From Candidatus Eremiobacteria bacterium (GTDB taxonomy: Bacteria; Vulcanimicrobiota; Vulcanimicrobiia; Vulcanimicrobiales; Vulcanimicrobiaceae), in contig CAVTRC010000001.1 of NCBI GenBank assembly GCA_963737065.1, forward strand, positions 1,120,001 through 1,184,000: 64,000 nucleotides of DNA, in the 5' to 3' direction. A program made the position numbers and the translations under genes. The notes beneath the pieces were generated by a model, which was not told the DNA's origin, did no database searches, and saw nothing but the letters and a program-made list of their open reading frames with translations. Positions 10,762 to 20,302 of this stretch are shown piece by piece (the first letter of the stretch is position 1; every line of letters starts with the position of its first letter).

Positions 10762-11748
10762 CTATGCTGTCGGCGGCGAACACGCGGGCCGACTTGCCGG
10801 GTAGCCGCTATCGCTGAGGAACCGCTTGAAGTTCGAAATATTCATGATCGCATGGAGCGCGGCGTGCGATTCGTCATGCGTCACATAGTATGTTTGCACG
10901 ATGCGCGAGCCGAGCCAGTAGCCAATAAACGGAGGCGCACCAAGCGGGCCTGAATCATAGCTGAAAAGCCACGGTTTCACGACCGCGTCGTCCGTCGAAT
11001 CCATCTGTTGCTGGAAAGCTCGCCAAAGTGCATCTTCATGTGCGCACGCAAACGACCACTGCGCTTCAGGCACGTGCGACGGTTCAACCAGCTCGGCCAT
11101 GAAATCGGCGGACCCCTCGACGATCGTTCCATCCAACAACGTATTCGCGTCCGCATCGTGCTGATTGAAGTGCGTAAACTCGTGCATGACGAGACCCGGA
11201 ATGGCCGCAGTGCGGGAAAGTACAGCGGTTTCGAACCCCGGCATCGCGGGCAGTACATCGGGTCGTGATACCATCTCGGCGCCGATCACCATGCCGACGC
11301 GATCGACCGAAGTACCACCGCTGTTCAGCGCGCCGACAACAAAGTAAACGTCTGGAAAGATTGCCTCAGGATAAAGGCGACGGCAGCGATAAAAATCGCG
11401 CATGATCTGCCATTTTTCGCCGGCGATACGCCGCATGTACGGCCGTGCCGCCTCATAATATGAGCGGCGTTCCGCCACGACACGGGCCAGATGAGTCGGA
11501 CTAACGATGCGCTGCGGAACGAATCCCCACACCCCGGCCGAACCCGGCGCGAGATACTCATACGCCAGCGCCTTCTCGAGATTCCCAGTCTTTCGCGCGT
11601 CATCATACGCGCGCCAAAAGTTCCCAATGTCCGAGGTAATAATCTGGACCTTCGTCGGGTCGGTTGTGAAGCGGCCGGTGCCGCTACGGGCGACCGCTGT
11701 AACGAGCGCAAACGAAACAAATAGTGCGAGCGGTAACATCAAACGCAT
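10762..11748 (-). CDS. Secreted Zn-dependent protease (DUF2268-like)
   Basis: Signal peptide; HEFTH zinc motif, EGSADF, GYWLG. Confidence 0.75.
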   Translation of the reverse strand: MRLMLPLALFVSFALVTAVARSGTGRFTTDPTKVQIITSDIGNFWRAYDDARKTGNLEKALAYEYLAPGSAGVWGFVPQRIVSPTHLARVVAERRSYYEAARPYMRRIAGEKWQIMRDFYRCRRLYPEAIFPDVYFVVGALNSGGTSVDRVGMVIGAEMVSRPDVLPAMPGFETAVLSRTAAIPGLVMHEFTHFNQHDADANTLLDGTIVEGSADFMAELVEPSHVPEAQWSFACAHEDALWRAFQQQMDSTDDAVVKPWLFSYDSGPLGAPPFIGYWLGSRIVQTYYVTHDESHAALHAIMNISNFKRFLSDSGYPASRPACSPPTA

Positions 11749-11835
11749 ACGCCAGCAAATACAAGACGCGTGCTTTTGGCGCCTCTGCTGTCCTTCGACG
11801 GCGCCCGTCCCGAGGCGACGACGCGCCGTCCTCAA

Positions 11836-12531
11836 TCAGCCGTCTGGTAAGCCGTGCGGCTTTGATGCGCGCGCGGCGAACTGGCGGACGAGCGCATCGA
11901 CATTCGTGATAGCGGTCCCGACAACGACGGCATCCGCCCCACGTTCGAGCGCCATCGCAACCTCGTCGGGTCGCGCAACGCCGCCCTCTGCGATGACGAA
12001 CGCGTCTAATTCCGCAAGCTCACGCACCAGCGAAAGCGCAGGCAGGGCCGTTCCTTTGGTTTCCGGCGTGTAACCGCACAGCGTCGTCGCGACGATGTCA
12101 CTCTGCGCGGATTGCGCGCACAGAGCGTCATCAGCGGTAGCGCAATCCGCCATAGCAAGCCGGCCCTGCGCATGAATTGCAGCGACGAGATCGTCGACTG
12201 TAACGGCGCGCGGCCGAGCGCGTCCGGTGGCATCAAACGCGATGATCTCGGCGCCGGTTGTTGCAATTTCGCGAACCTCGTCGAGCGTCGGTGTGATATA
12301 CGGTTCGAACCCTTCATACTGCCGTTTGATGATGCCGATGATCGGAACACGAACGCGTGCGCGCGCCGCAGCGATGTTTGCGACGCCTTGCATACGCACG
12401 GCGACGGCGCCGTTTGCTTGCGCTGCGGCAGCCATCGCGGCAAGCACGTACGGATCGTCGATTGCGGAACCCGGCCACGCTTGAACCGAAACGATCAAGC
12501 CGCCGCGTAATCGTTCGAGCAATTCACTCAT
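11836..12531 (-). CDS. nanE: N-acetylmannosamine-6-phosphate 2-epimerase
   Basis: GLIVSVQA, PIIGIIKR, YITPT, TTLCGYT, IAEGG, VVVGTAIT; ATG 12531 overlaps upstream stop. Confidence 0.92.
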   Translation of the reverse strand: MSELLERLRGGLIVSVQAWPGSAIDDPYVLAAMAAAAQANGAVAVRMQGVANIAAARARVRVPIIGIIKRQYEGFEPYITPTLDEVREIATTGAEIIAFDATGRARPRAVTVDDLVAAIHAQGRLAMADCATADDALCAQSAQSDIVATTLCGYTPETKGTALPALSLVRELAELDAFVIAEGGVARPDEVAMALERGADAVVVGTAITNVDALVRQFAARASKPHGLPDG

Positions 12532-13409
12532 GCGCGCCGCGCCAAAACGAGCGCGCCGTCGACGGGATCGCCCTTGGGCACGACCGGCGTTGCGGACGGC
12601 AGTGCGACACGTAGCGCTTCGTTGATGCGATCGCGCAGCCACGGATCCGCAAGCAATCCGCCGACGAACGCGACGCGAATCGGATCGCTCGTTTCGCGTG
12701 CCGCACGCGCGGCAAGACGCGCAAGTTCGCGCGAGGCTCGTGCCGCAGGCTCGGACAAACACCGGCAGCCTTCATTTGCTTTCGCGGCGGCAATGCAAAT
12801 CGGAGCAAAGGCCGCCAAACTCGCGCGAGAAACGTCGCCGGCGTAGTACGCGCGCACCAGCTCACGCAACGTGTGGACGTCGAAGAAACTCAGGAGCGCA
12901 CGCGTGCCGTCGCAGTCACCGTGAGAGATCGCAAGCGACATCGCCGAGCGTGCAATCCAAAATGCGCTGCCTTCATCGCCAAAAAGAAAACCCCAGCCGC
13001 CCTCCAGATGCGTCGTGCCGTCGGCCAACCGCGCATACGCTGCAGAGCCCGTTCCCGCAATGACCACGACGCCCGGTTCGCCGCCGAGCGCCCCGGCATG
13101 CGCAATGACCGTGTCGTGAACCAGCATTACTCGGTCGGCCGGAAGTTCCGGAGATTCACCGTAGACTCGCCCTTCGTATCCGGAGATCCCCGCGACGATC
13201 GAATCGAACCGCGTTCGTTCGGGGAGGTTCGCGTTACGAACGGCATCGGCAAGTGCGCCTTCGAGCGCATCGCGCAAGCGCGTCGACCGGACGCCGGCGC
13301 CGACTTCATCAGCGGGCCCTGCGTATCCAAACGCGATCGTACGTCCGTCGGCACCCGCAATCGCAGCCGTTGTGGAGCTCTGTCCTGCATCGATTCCGGC
13401 GAAGAGCAC
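12528..13409 (-). CDS. BadF/BadG/BcrA/BcrD-type N-acetylhexosamine kinase
   Basis: GIDAGQSST, IAGTGS, GGWGFLFGDEGSAFWIA. Confidence 0.85.
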   Translation of the reverse strand: MLFAGIDAGQSSTTAAIAGADGRTIAFGYAGPADEVGAGVRSTRLRDALEGALADAVRNANLPERTRFDSIVAGISGYEGRVYGESPELPADRVMLVHDTVIAHAGALGGEPGVVVIAGTGSAAYARLADGTTHLEGGWGFLFGDEGSAFWIARSAMSLAISHGDCDGTRALLSFFDVHTLRELVRAYYAGDVSRASLAAFAPICIAAAKANEGCRCLSEPAARASRELARLAARAARETSDPIRVAFVGGLLADPWLRDRINEALRVALPSATPVVPKGDPVDGALVLARRA

Positions 13410-13413
13410 GGCG

Positions 13414-13716
13414 TTACGTCAGCTGCAGCAGCCTACGCGCAAAATCGTTAGCGGCCAGTTCGCGGTCTTTGCGCTGGTGTAATTTTACGACCTCACCGAT
13501 CGCTTCACGGTGATGATACAATTCGTGTCCAACGGTCAAGACGACGAATTCACCGAGCTCCGTAGGCGACATCTGTTCGGCTACGCGCGAATTGATGCGA
13601 ATCGCGGGTCCGGACGGATCGTATTCGGAACGAAGTTCATCGATGCCCCAGTCGCCGAGGTCTGCAAATAACACCTGCACGCCGTATTCGCGCGCTAATT
13701 TCAAAGCGGTATTCAC
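13414..13716 (-). CDS. Small HExxH protein (ImmA/IrrE-like metallopeptidase domain)
   Basis: IRIN...TVGHELYH...ELAANDFARRLL. Confidence 0.65.
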   Translation of the reverse strand: MNTALKLAREYGVQVLFADLGDWGIDELRSEYDPSGPAIRINSRVAEQMSPTELGEFVVLTVGHELYHHREAIGEVVKLHQRKDRELAANDFARRLLQLT

Positions 13717-13726
13717 GCAGTTCTCC

Positions 13727-15079
13727 CTAGCGGCTTTCTACCTGCACGCCGTCATCGATCAGGATGCGACGCAAGTCGGCGCCCTCCACTGCGCTGACGT
13801 TCACGTCGCGCTCATTCGCGAGCGCGGCTGCGGTTCCGGCTGCTTGACCGAGCGTCATGACGGTCGGTGTGAGCCGGGTCGACGCGAGCGCTTCGTGCGT
13901 CGTCGAAATGCATCGCCCAGCAACCAATAACTGCTCGCGATTGATCGGAACGAGGCACCGGTACGGTATCTCGTAACTCGCACCGGGTGCAAGGCGATGC
14001 GTCGTTGTTCCGCTTCCGCTTGGATTATGGATATCGATCGGGTACGCGCTGCGCGCAACGGCGTCGTCGAAGTGGCGCCCTTGCAAAATATCATCCGCGG
14101 TCAAGGTGTAGCGTCCGACGATCCGTCGCGACTCGCGAATGCCCACCTGCGCTCCGGTGGCCGCAATGCGCGCGTTTTCAAAGCCGGGCACGCGTTCGCG
14201 GAAAAAGCGAAGCAACTGCATTACTTGCAGGCGCGCTTCGACTTCCGCACGCGTCAAGTCATCGGGATCGAGCGGATCGATGTTCGTCACGCGGGTCATG
14301 TTGACGGTCACTTCGTCCGGATAGGGCGAGATGAAGAACGAAACCAGTTCGCGCGGAATGTCGACGACGCCATCTCGCTTGGCGTCTTCCCACAACTCGT
14401 AAAGGCCCGCGACGGCAGTCAACGCCGGCGCGGTGCGTTCGTGCGTTTTGAGCGACGTGCGCATCTGATCGGCGTGCATGCGCACGTACGTAGCGATCTT
14501 CGTCAAATCTACGTGGCTCAAGCGGAACATCAAGGTCGCCGGCTGAACGCGGCCGCGTTCATCGCCTTGTTGCGTCGGAACACCGGCCGCGTACGCGACA
14601 TAGGCGTCAGCGGTCGCATCGATCACCACGCGGGCGCGATAACTGCGTCCACCGCCGACCGTAGCGACGTTTGCGCCGGTGACCCGGTCGTCCTCGACGA
14701 GCGCGGTGAGAAACCACGCATGCAGGAGCAGATCGACATTCGCTTCGAGCATCATTTCAAAGAGCAGCGCTTTATGAATCTCCGGATCGAACGGCGTGAT
14801 CGTCGGCACGTACTCGGACGAGTCGCGAATGTGTCCCGGCGAGCCGCCGCGCCGCACGAGGCGCTCGACCATCTCCTGCGCGATGCCGCCGACGATGCGC
14901 TCGTCGCCGGAATGAAATGTCATCCACGGCCCGACCATTGAGGCCGTTGCCGTCCCGCCGAGAAAACCGTAGCGTTCGACCAGCAAAACGCGCGCGCCGT
15001 GGCGCGCCGCAGCGAGCGCAGCTGCGCATCCTGCATTTCCGCCGCCGAGAACCAATACGTCATGTGAACTCGTCGTCAT
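13727..15079 (-). CDS. FAD-dependent oxidoreductase (FAD_oxidored family)
   Basis: GGGNAG Rossmann motif, IDATAD, GIRESRRIVG, IPYRCLVP, AGRCIS, GQAAG. Confidence 0.88.
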   Translation of the reverse strand: MTTSSHDVLVLGGGNAGCAAALAAARHGARVLLVERYGFLGGTATASMVGPWMTFHSGDERIVGGIAQEMVERLVRRGGSPGHIRDSSEYVPTITPFDPEIHKALLFEMMLEANVDLLLHAWFLTALVEDDRVTGANVATVGGGRSYRARVVIDATADAYVAYAAGVPTQQGDERGRVQPATLMFRLSHVDLTKIATYVRMHADQMRTSLKTHERTAPALTAVAGLYELWEDAKRDGVVDIPRELVSFFISPYPDEVTVNMTRVTNIDPLDPDDLTRAEVEARLQVMQLLRFFRERVPGFENARIAATGAQVGIRESRRIVGRYTLTADDILQGRHFDDAVARSAYPIDIHNPSGSGTTTHRLAPGASYEIPYRCLVPINREQLLVAGRCISTTHEALASTRLTPTVMTLGQAAGTAAALANERDVNVSAVEGADLRRILIDDGVQVESR

Positions 15080-15272
15080 GATGCGATAACGTTTGCCTTT
15101 CGGCGCGGCGCTACGCGGGCCATCTTCGCCGCGAACTCGCAGTTCTTCATGACATTGCTCGATATACGCGACACGGTCATGCGTTGAAACATCCGTCGGT
15201 ACGATAACGACATGTAAAATCAACGCTCGCCTGCTAGGAATGGCGGCGCGGCGGTTCGCAGTCTGTGGCGAC

Positions 15273-15989
15273 ATGTCGATCTACGCCCGCTCAGCCGCCT
15301 ATTACGACGCGATTCAAACCGCACGAGGCAAGGATTACGCGCATGAAGCGAGCGTGATTCATGACATCATCGAAAAGCGTCGCACCTCGGACGGCCGTCA
15401 TCTGCTCGACGTCGGCTGTGGGACGGCACGTCACATCGAGCACTTGCAACAGTGGTACGACTGCGATGGCCTGGACGTCGACCGTGCGATGCTCGCGATC
15501 GCGCAAACGCGCGTCCCGGAATCGAACTTTCACTGTCAAGACATGATCGGTTTCAATCTCGACCGCCGTTTCGATGCAATCGTCTCGCTCTTCGGCGCGA
15601 TCGGCTACGTTCCAAACGTTCGGCTTCTAGAACAGACCGTCGACACGCTCTACCGTCATCTGAAGGCGGGCGGCGTTGCCGTCGTCGAACCGTGGCTGCG
15701 TCCAAACGATTGGAAGGACGGCCTCGTGGACGCGCGCTTCGCGGACGAGCCGGACCTGAAAGTTGCGCGCATGAGCATCAGCCGGCGCGACGGCAACGCC
15801 TCGATTCTGCATTACAACTATATGGTCGCGGGCCGCGACGGTGTGCGGACGTTCAACGAGCCTCATCGGCTCATGCTTTTCACCGACGACGAGTACCGCA
15901 AAGCGTTTTCGAAGGCGCGGTTCCACGTAGAGTACGATCCTGAGGGGCTTACGGGACGCGGACTTTATATCGGCACCCGGATGGTTTAG
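15273..15989 (+). CDS. Class I SAM methyltransferase, TylM1/DesVI-like
   Basis: YD..GKDY..EA, LLDVGCGT, FDAIVSLFGAIGY, GGVAVVEPW. Confidence 0.8.
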   Translation: MSIYARSAAYYDAIQTARGKDYAHEASVIHDIIEKRRTSDGRHLLDVGCGTARHIEHLQQWYDCDGLDVDRAMLAIAQTRVPESNFHCQDMIGFNLDRRFDAIVSLFGAIGYVPNVRLLEQTVDTLYRHLKAGGVAVVEPWLRPNDWKDGLVDARFADEPDLKVARMSISRRDGNASILHYNYMVAGRDGVRTFNEPHRLMLFTDDEYRKAFSKARFHVEYDPEGLTGRGLYIGTRMV

Positions 15990-16047
15990 GCGCAATAACG
16001 AGCATTTGCCAGGGGTCGAGTCGTTAATCGAGTATTCGGCAGCCTTA

Positions 16048-17553
16048 ATGCTGCTACAACGAGTAAAGCCGCTCCAGCGCCTCCTTGCGGAGACGGAAGA
16101 GCATGGCCACAGCCTCAAGAAGACGCTCGGACCGGTATCGCTGATCGCCATGGGCATCGGCGCGATCATCGGTACGGGCATCTTCGTCCTTACCGGTGTC
16201 GCTTCGGCAAAATACACGGGACCGTCGTTGACGATCTCGTTCATCATCGCCGGTTTCGTCAGCGCTTTTGCCGCGCTCTGTTACTCTGAAGTGGCGAGCC
16301 GCGTTCCGATTGCCGGAAGCGCGTACACCTTCGCGTACGCCTCGCTCGGCGAGCTCCTCGCGTGGATCATCGGCTGGGACTTGGTTCTAGAGTACGCACT
16401 CGGTGCAGCAACGGTAAGCGTCGGCTGGTCGGGCTATTTCTTCACCGTCGTCAAGAATATCTTCGGGTTCGAGATCCCTCAGTACCTGATGCACAACCCG
16501 TTTGACACCGGACCGAGCGGCGAACCATTGCACGGCATTATGAACTTGCCGGCGTTCTGCATTATCCTACTGATCGGAGTCTTACTGTATCGCGGAACGC
16601 GTGAGTCCGCCGTCGTCAACAACGTCATCGTGACGGTAAAAGTCTGCATCGTACTGTTCTTTATCGCGATCGGTTTCGGTCACGTCAACAGTGCGAATTG
16701 GACGCCGTACTTTCCGTATACGCTCGGCGGGACGTTCTTCGGGGCGTTCTTTGTGTTCTTTGCCTACATCGGTTTCGATGCCGTATCGACCGCCGCGGAA
16801 GAGTCGATCAATCCTAAAAAAGACATGCCGATCGGAATCATCGGCAGCTTGGCCGTCTGTACGGTGCTCTACATTATCGTCGCCGCCATCCTGACCGGCA
16901 TGGTGAACTACTCGCACCTCAACGTCCCGCAACCGGTTGCGTATGCGGTCGATCAAGTCGGCATGCCGTGGGCGAGCGCCTTGATCGCGCTCGGCGCAAT
17001 CGCGGGCCTTACGACGGTGCTTCTGGTGATGATGTTCGGGCAGACGCGCGTGTTTTTTGCAATGTCGCGTGACGGTCTTCTCCCGAAGTTCTTCTCGCGC
17101 GTGCATCCGAAGTTCCGCACACCGACCGTCACGACTATCATCTTCACGATCGTCATCGCGATCACGGGTTCGCTCACACCGATCAGCATTTTGGGCGAAC
17201 TGACGAACATGGGCACGCTCTTCGCGTTCGTCCTCGTGTCGATTTCGTTGCCGATTCTGCGCAAGAAGTACCCGACGACGCGGGGCTATGAAGTGCCGGG
17301 CGGCCCCTACGTGATTCCGGTAATTTCCGCGATTCTCTCGGGTCTTTTGCTCCTCGCACCATTCTGGTCGCCGCTCATGGCGAACGCCTTCGGCTTCAAA
17401 ATCGACGTGGCGTACATCCTCGGCATCCCGCTTCCGTGGTTCGGCTTCCTCGTCTGGCTTATCATCGGTTTGTGCATCTACTTCCTATACAGCCGCAGGA
17501 GCAGCATTGTCGGTAAAGAGGAAGCAGCGGCCGCGCCATCACGTGCCGTGTGA
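16048..17553 (+). CDS. APC-family amino acid permease
   Basis: GIGAIIGTGIFV, AGSAY, FFAYIGFDAVSTAAEE, MSRDGLLP. Confidence 0.93.
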   Translation: MLLQRVKPLQRLLAETEEHGHSLKKTLGPVSLIAMGIGAIIGTGIFVLTGVASAKYTGPSLTISFIIAGFVSAFAALCYSEVASRVPIAGSAYTFAYASLGELLAWIIGWDLVLEYALGAATVSVGWSGYFFTVVKNIFGFEIPQYLMHNPFDTGPSGEPLHGIMNLPAFCIILLIGVLLYRGTRESAVVNNVIVTVKVCIVLFFIAIGFGHVNSANWTPYFPYTLGGTFFGAFFVFFAYIGFDAVSTAAEESINPKKDMPIGIIGSLAVCTVLYIIVAAILTGMVNYSHLNVPQPVAYAVDQVGMPWASALIALGAIAGLTTVLLVMMFGQTRVFFAMSRDGLLPKFFSRVHPKFRTPTVTTIIFTIVIAITGSLTPISILGELTNMGTLFAFVLVSISLPILRKKYPTTRGYEVPGGPYVIPVISAILSGLLLLAPFWSPLMANAFGFKIDVAYILGIPLPWFGFLVWLIIGLCIYFLYSRRSSIVGKEEAAAAPSRAV

Positions 17554-17596
17554 CGCGGATATCGTCGTAGCACGTGCGTAACGATCGCCGGGCATA

Positions 17597-18415
17597 TTGC
17601 CCGGCGATTTTCGTTTAACGGATGATACACGCGGTGCCGCGAACGCGTGCCTTATGGGTTCCGCGCGAGTCGAGCACATTGATGCGCTTGCGGAAGCAAC
17701 GAGCACGCACTGGAGTCGGGCGTGGGCAATGCCGTGGCATCGGCATACCGAGGCGCGTCTCGTCGTCGTTCTCAGCGGCTCCTTTGAAGAGCAATGGAAA
17801 GGAAATAGTCTCGTATGCTCTTCCGGAAGCGTGATCTTTCGCCCAGCGGGCCAACTCCATCGGGAGAGGTTCTCGGAATGCGGCTCCTACGTGAGCATGC
17901 CGATGGCGGCGACGTATTTTTCCCAGGCGGTCTGTGGGCACAGCGATCGCATGACAACGCTCGTGCACACGATGCGACGTGAACTCCGTTGGAGAGACAG
18001 CTTCTCGTCGATTTCGCTCCAGGGTCTCGTGCTGCAGATCGTCGCAGAACTCGGGCGTCGGGACGTGGCGCACGAGCGCCGAGCACCGCGGTGGATTTCA
18101 GATCTGTGCGAGTTTATCGGATCGAATCCGTTGTACGTCGGTTCACTTGAATCGCTGGCTGCACGCGTTGGGCGCCATCCGGCGCATGTAGCGCGCGCAT
18201 TTCACGAGCACGTCGGCACCACGATCGGACAATACGCTCGAATGAAGCGTGTAGAATTTGCTCGCAACCTTCTCGAAACCACCGACGTTCGAATCGCCGA
18301 CATCAGCGCACAAGCGGGATTTTTCGATCAAGCGCACTTGACGAGGTCGTTTCGCCTCGCCTTTGGTATGACGCCGTCGGAATATCGGCAATTGCGTCGC
18401 CGCGCGTTAAGCTGA
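17597..18415 (+). CDS. AraC-family transcriptional regulator
   Basis: Cupin (WHRH) plus C-terminal HTH GFFDQAHLTRSF..FGMTP; start uncertain. Confidence 0.88.
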   Translation: MPGDFRLTDDTRGAANACLMGSARVEHIDALAEATSTHWSRAWAMPWHRHTEARLVVVLSGSFEEQWKGNSLVCSSGSVIFRPAGQLHRERFSECGSYVSMPMAATYFSQAVCGHSDRMTTLVHTMRRELRWRDSFSSISLQGLVLQIVAELGRRDVAHERRAPRWISDLCEFIGSNPLYVGSLESLAARVGRHPAHVARAFHEHVGTTIGQYARMKRVEFARNLLETTDVRIADISAQAGFFDQAHLTRSFRLAFGMTPSEYRQLRRRALS

Positions 18416-18475
18416 TGCAATAGCGCTAAAGCGGTCCTAGACGCTCGCGCAGCGCGAACGCGAAGATGGAACACG

Positions 18476-20236
18476 ATGCGATCTTTCAAATGCCTTTTCT
18501 TTATTGCGGCGGCGCTTGCATTCAGCGGTTTGACCGCCGCGACGGACGGCGGGATACCGAGCGGCTTCCAATGTGCGATGCGTCCGGTTGCAGCGATCGA
18601 TCTCGAAGGCACTGCCGTCGTCGACGGCCTGCCGTCGCATTTTTACGAACGCATCGATGTACGCACGGGCTGGTACGTGCGGCGATGGTCGTCCGCGTCC
18701 CGGGTAATCGCAGGGGGCGAGGGATTCGACGGGCAGCACTGGTGGTCGCAAGACCTCTCCGGCGCATCGCACGAGCTTGATGCTCCGAGCGCAAAAGCAT
18801 TGGTGAGAACTATCGCTTGGTTCAATCGTCAAGCGTGGTGCGCGCAGTTGAAAGACGGCACGTTCAGCGTTATGCCGCCGGGAGGTGCACGTATGACACT
18901 CACAGTGTCGGGACGGCAAATCGTTCGAACCGTAGTCGTTCTCCCTGAAGACCACGAAATTCAGACCTTCTCCGACTGGCGCGTCGTCGACGGAATGCGC
19001 GTGCCGTTTGCTCGACGCGTCGATTATCCCGAAGACGATTATCAGGAGACATGGGCCGTGTCGCGCGTCGTGACTTCGCGCAGCGCACTTATGCGGCGCG
19101 CCTTTGCATCGCCGGCGCCGCCAAATGATTTCAGTACGATAAATGCGGCCGACGCGGTGACGATGCCACTGCACATCGCCTATGATAAGCCCCGGATCTC
19201 GATACGATTGAACGGCCGCGGACCGTTCACGTACGTACTGGATTCCGGCGGACATTTTATCGCTACGCCGGCGACGGCACGAACCGCAGGGCTAGAGGGA
19301 ATCGGTTCCGCGAACGAGAGCGGAGCAGGGACAGCGCTTCTTCAGACTCGCTTCGCCCGCGTAGGCCAAGTGGACATCGGAAAGGCGTTCATCAAGGATC
19401 AAGTAGCGAAAATCATTCCCTACTCGCATGCACGCCTCGAACGTGCGGCACTTCCGAGCGCGACCGGATGGTTGGGACTTGAAACGTTCGAACGTTTCGC
19501 GGTAACGATGGATCCCTTGCGAGAGTCACTGACGCTTTCGCCGTTCGAGCATGCGTTTGCGCCGAAAGGCGTTCGCGTACCGATCGTCTTTGACGAAGAT
19601 GCGCCGCTCATTTCTTGCACCATCGCCGGCAAGCGGGGACTCTGCATGATCGATACGGGCAATGCATCGAATACAATCGTCGAAGGCCATTGGGTTGAGC
19701 AAAGCGCCTTAAGCGACCGGTTGAAACGCGGGTTGTATGCCGGCGACAATACGTGGGTGTCGCGTGCGGATATCCGTATCGGCTCGCTCGACCTTCCAAA
19801 CGAAGTTGTGGAATATTCTCCGCCGGCGTTGCGAGGATCTGAATCGACGACAACGGTCGCCGCGATTCTAAGCGAGGATGTTCTGCGCCGTTTCGTGCTC
19901 ACACTGAACTACGATCAGCACGCGGCCTGGTTTAAGCCAATATCAGGCGCAACGGCTCGCTCGTTCAATACAACCGGCATCGAAGGCGCCAAACAGCGCG
20001 ACGGCACATTCCGCATCGCATACGTAATCGCCGGATCGCCTGCTGCACAACACTCGATCAAAGCGGGCGATGAGATCCGGACCATGAACGGCGTGGACGT
20101 ACGCAAGATTTCGTCGCCGAAGTTCCGTGAGTGGAACGCGGCGGCGGCCGGTTGCATTGTCACGTTGAGGATTCGCACGAGAACCGGCGCGATGCGAATG
20201 GTGCGCATGAAGACGATCGACCTTTTACCGCGATAG
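18476..20236 (+). CDS. Secreted aspartyl protease with two retropepsin-like domains and a PDZ domain
   Basis: Signal peptide; VLDSGG and MIDTGN motifs; GSPA..GDEI..NG PDZ. Confidence 0.8.
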   Translation: MRSFKCLFFIAAALAFSGLTAATDGGIPSGFQCAMRPVAAIDLEGTAVVDGLPSHFYERIDVRTGWYVRRWSSASRVIAGGEGFDGQHWWSQDLSGASHELDAPSAKALVRTIAWFNRQAWCAQLKDGTFSVMPPGGARMTLTVSGRQIVRTVVVLPEDHEIQTFSDWRVVDGMRVPFARRVDYPEDDYQETWAVSRVVTSRSALMRRAFASPAPPNDFSTINAADAVTMPLHIAYDKPRISIRLNGRGPFTYVLDSGGHFIATPATARTAGLEGIGSANESGAGTALLQTRFARVGQVDIGKAFIKDQVAKIIPYSHARLERAALPSATGWLGLETFERFAVTMDPLRESLTLSPFEHAFAPKGVRVPIVFDEDAPLISCTIAGKRGLCMIDTGNASNTIVEGHWVEQSALSDRLKRGLYAGDNTWVSRADIRIGSLDLPNEVVEYSPPALRGSESTTTVAAILSEDVLRRFVLTLNYDQHAAWFKPISGATARSFNTTGIEGAKQRDGTFRIAYVIAGSPAAQHSIKAGDEIRTMNGVDVRKISSPKFREWNAAAAGCIVTLRIRTRTGAMRMVRMKTIDLLPR

Positions 20237-20302
20237 ACGCACGAACCGGCGATCGCGGGGGCGTCGCATGCTTACGTCGGCCTAGGCGATACGTGCGCGC
20301 CA

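Noticed and set aside
18413..18478. Sec readthrough of the AraC TGA into the in-frame protease gene
   Set aside because: The downstream gene has its own signal peptide, there is no Cys-homologous context and no evident SECIS; the shared frame is likely chance.
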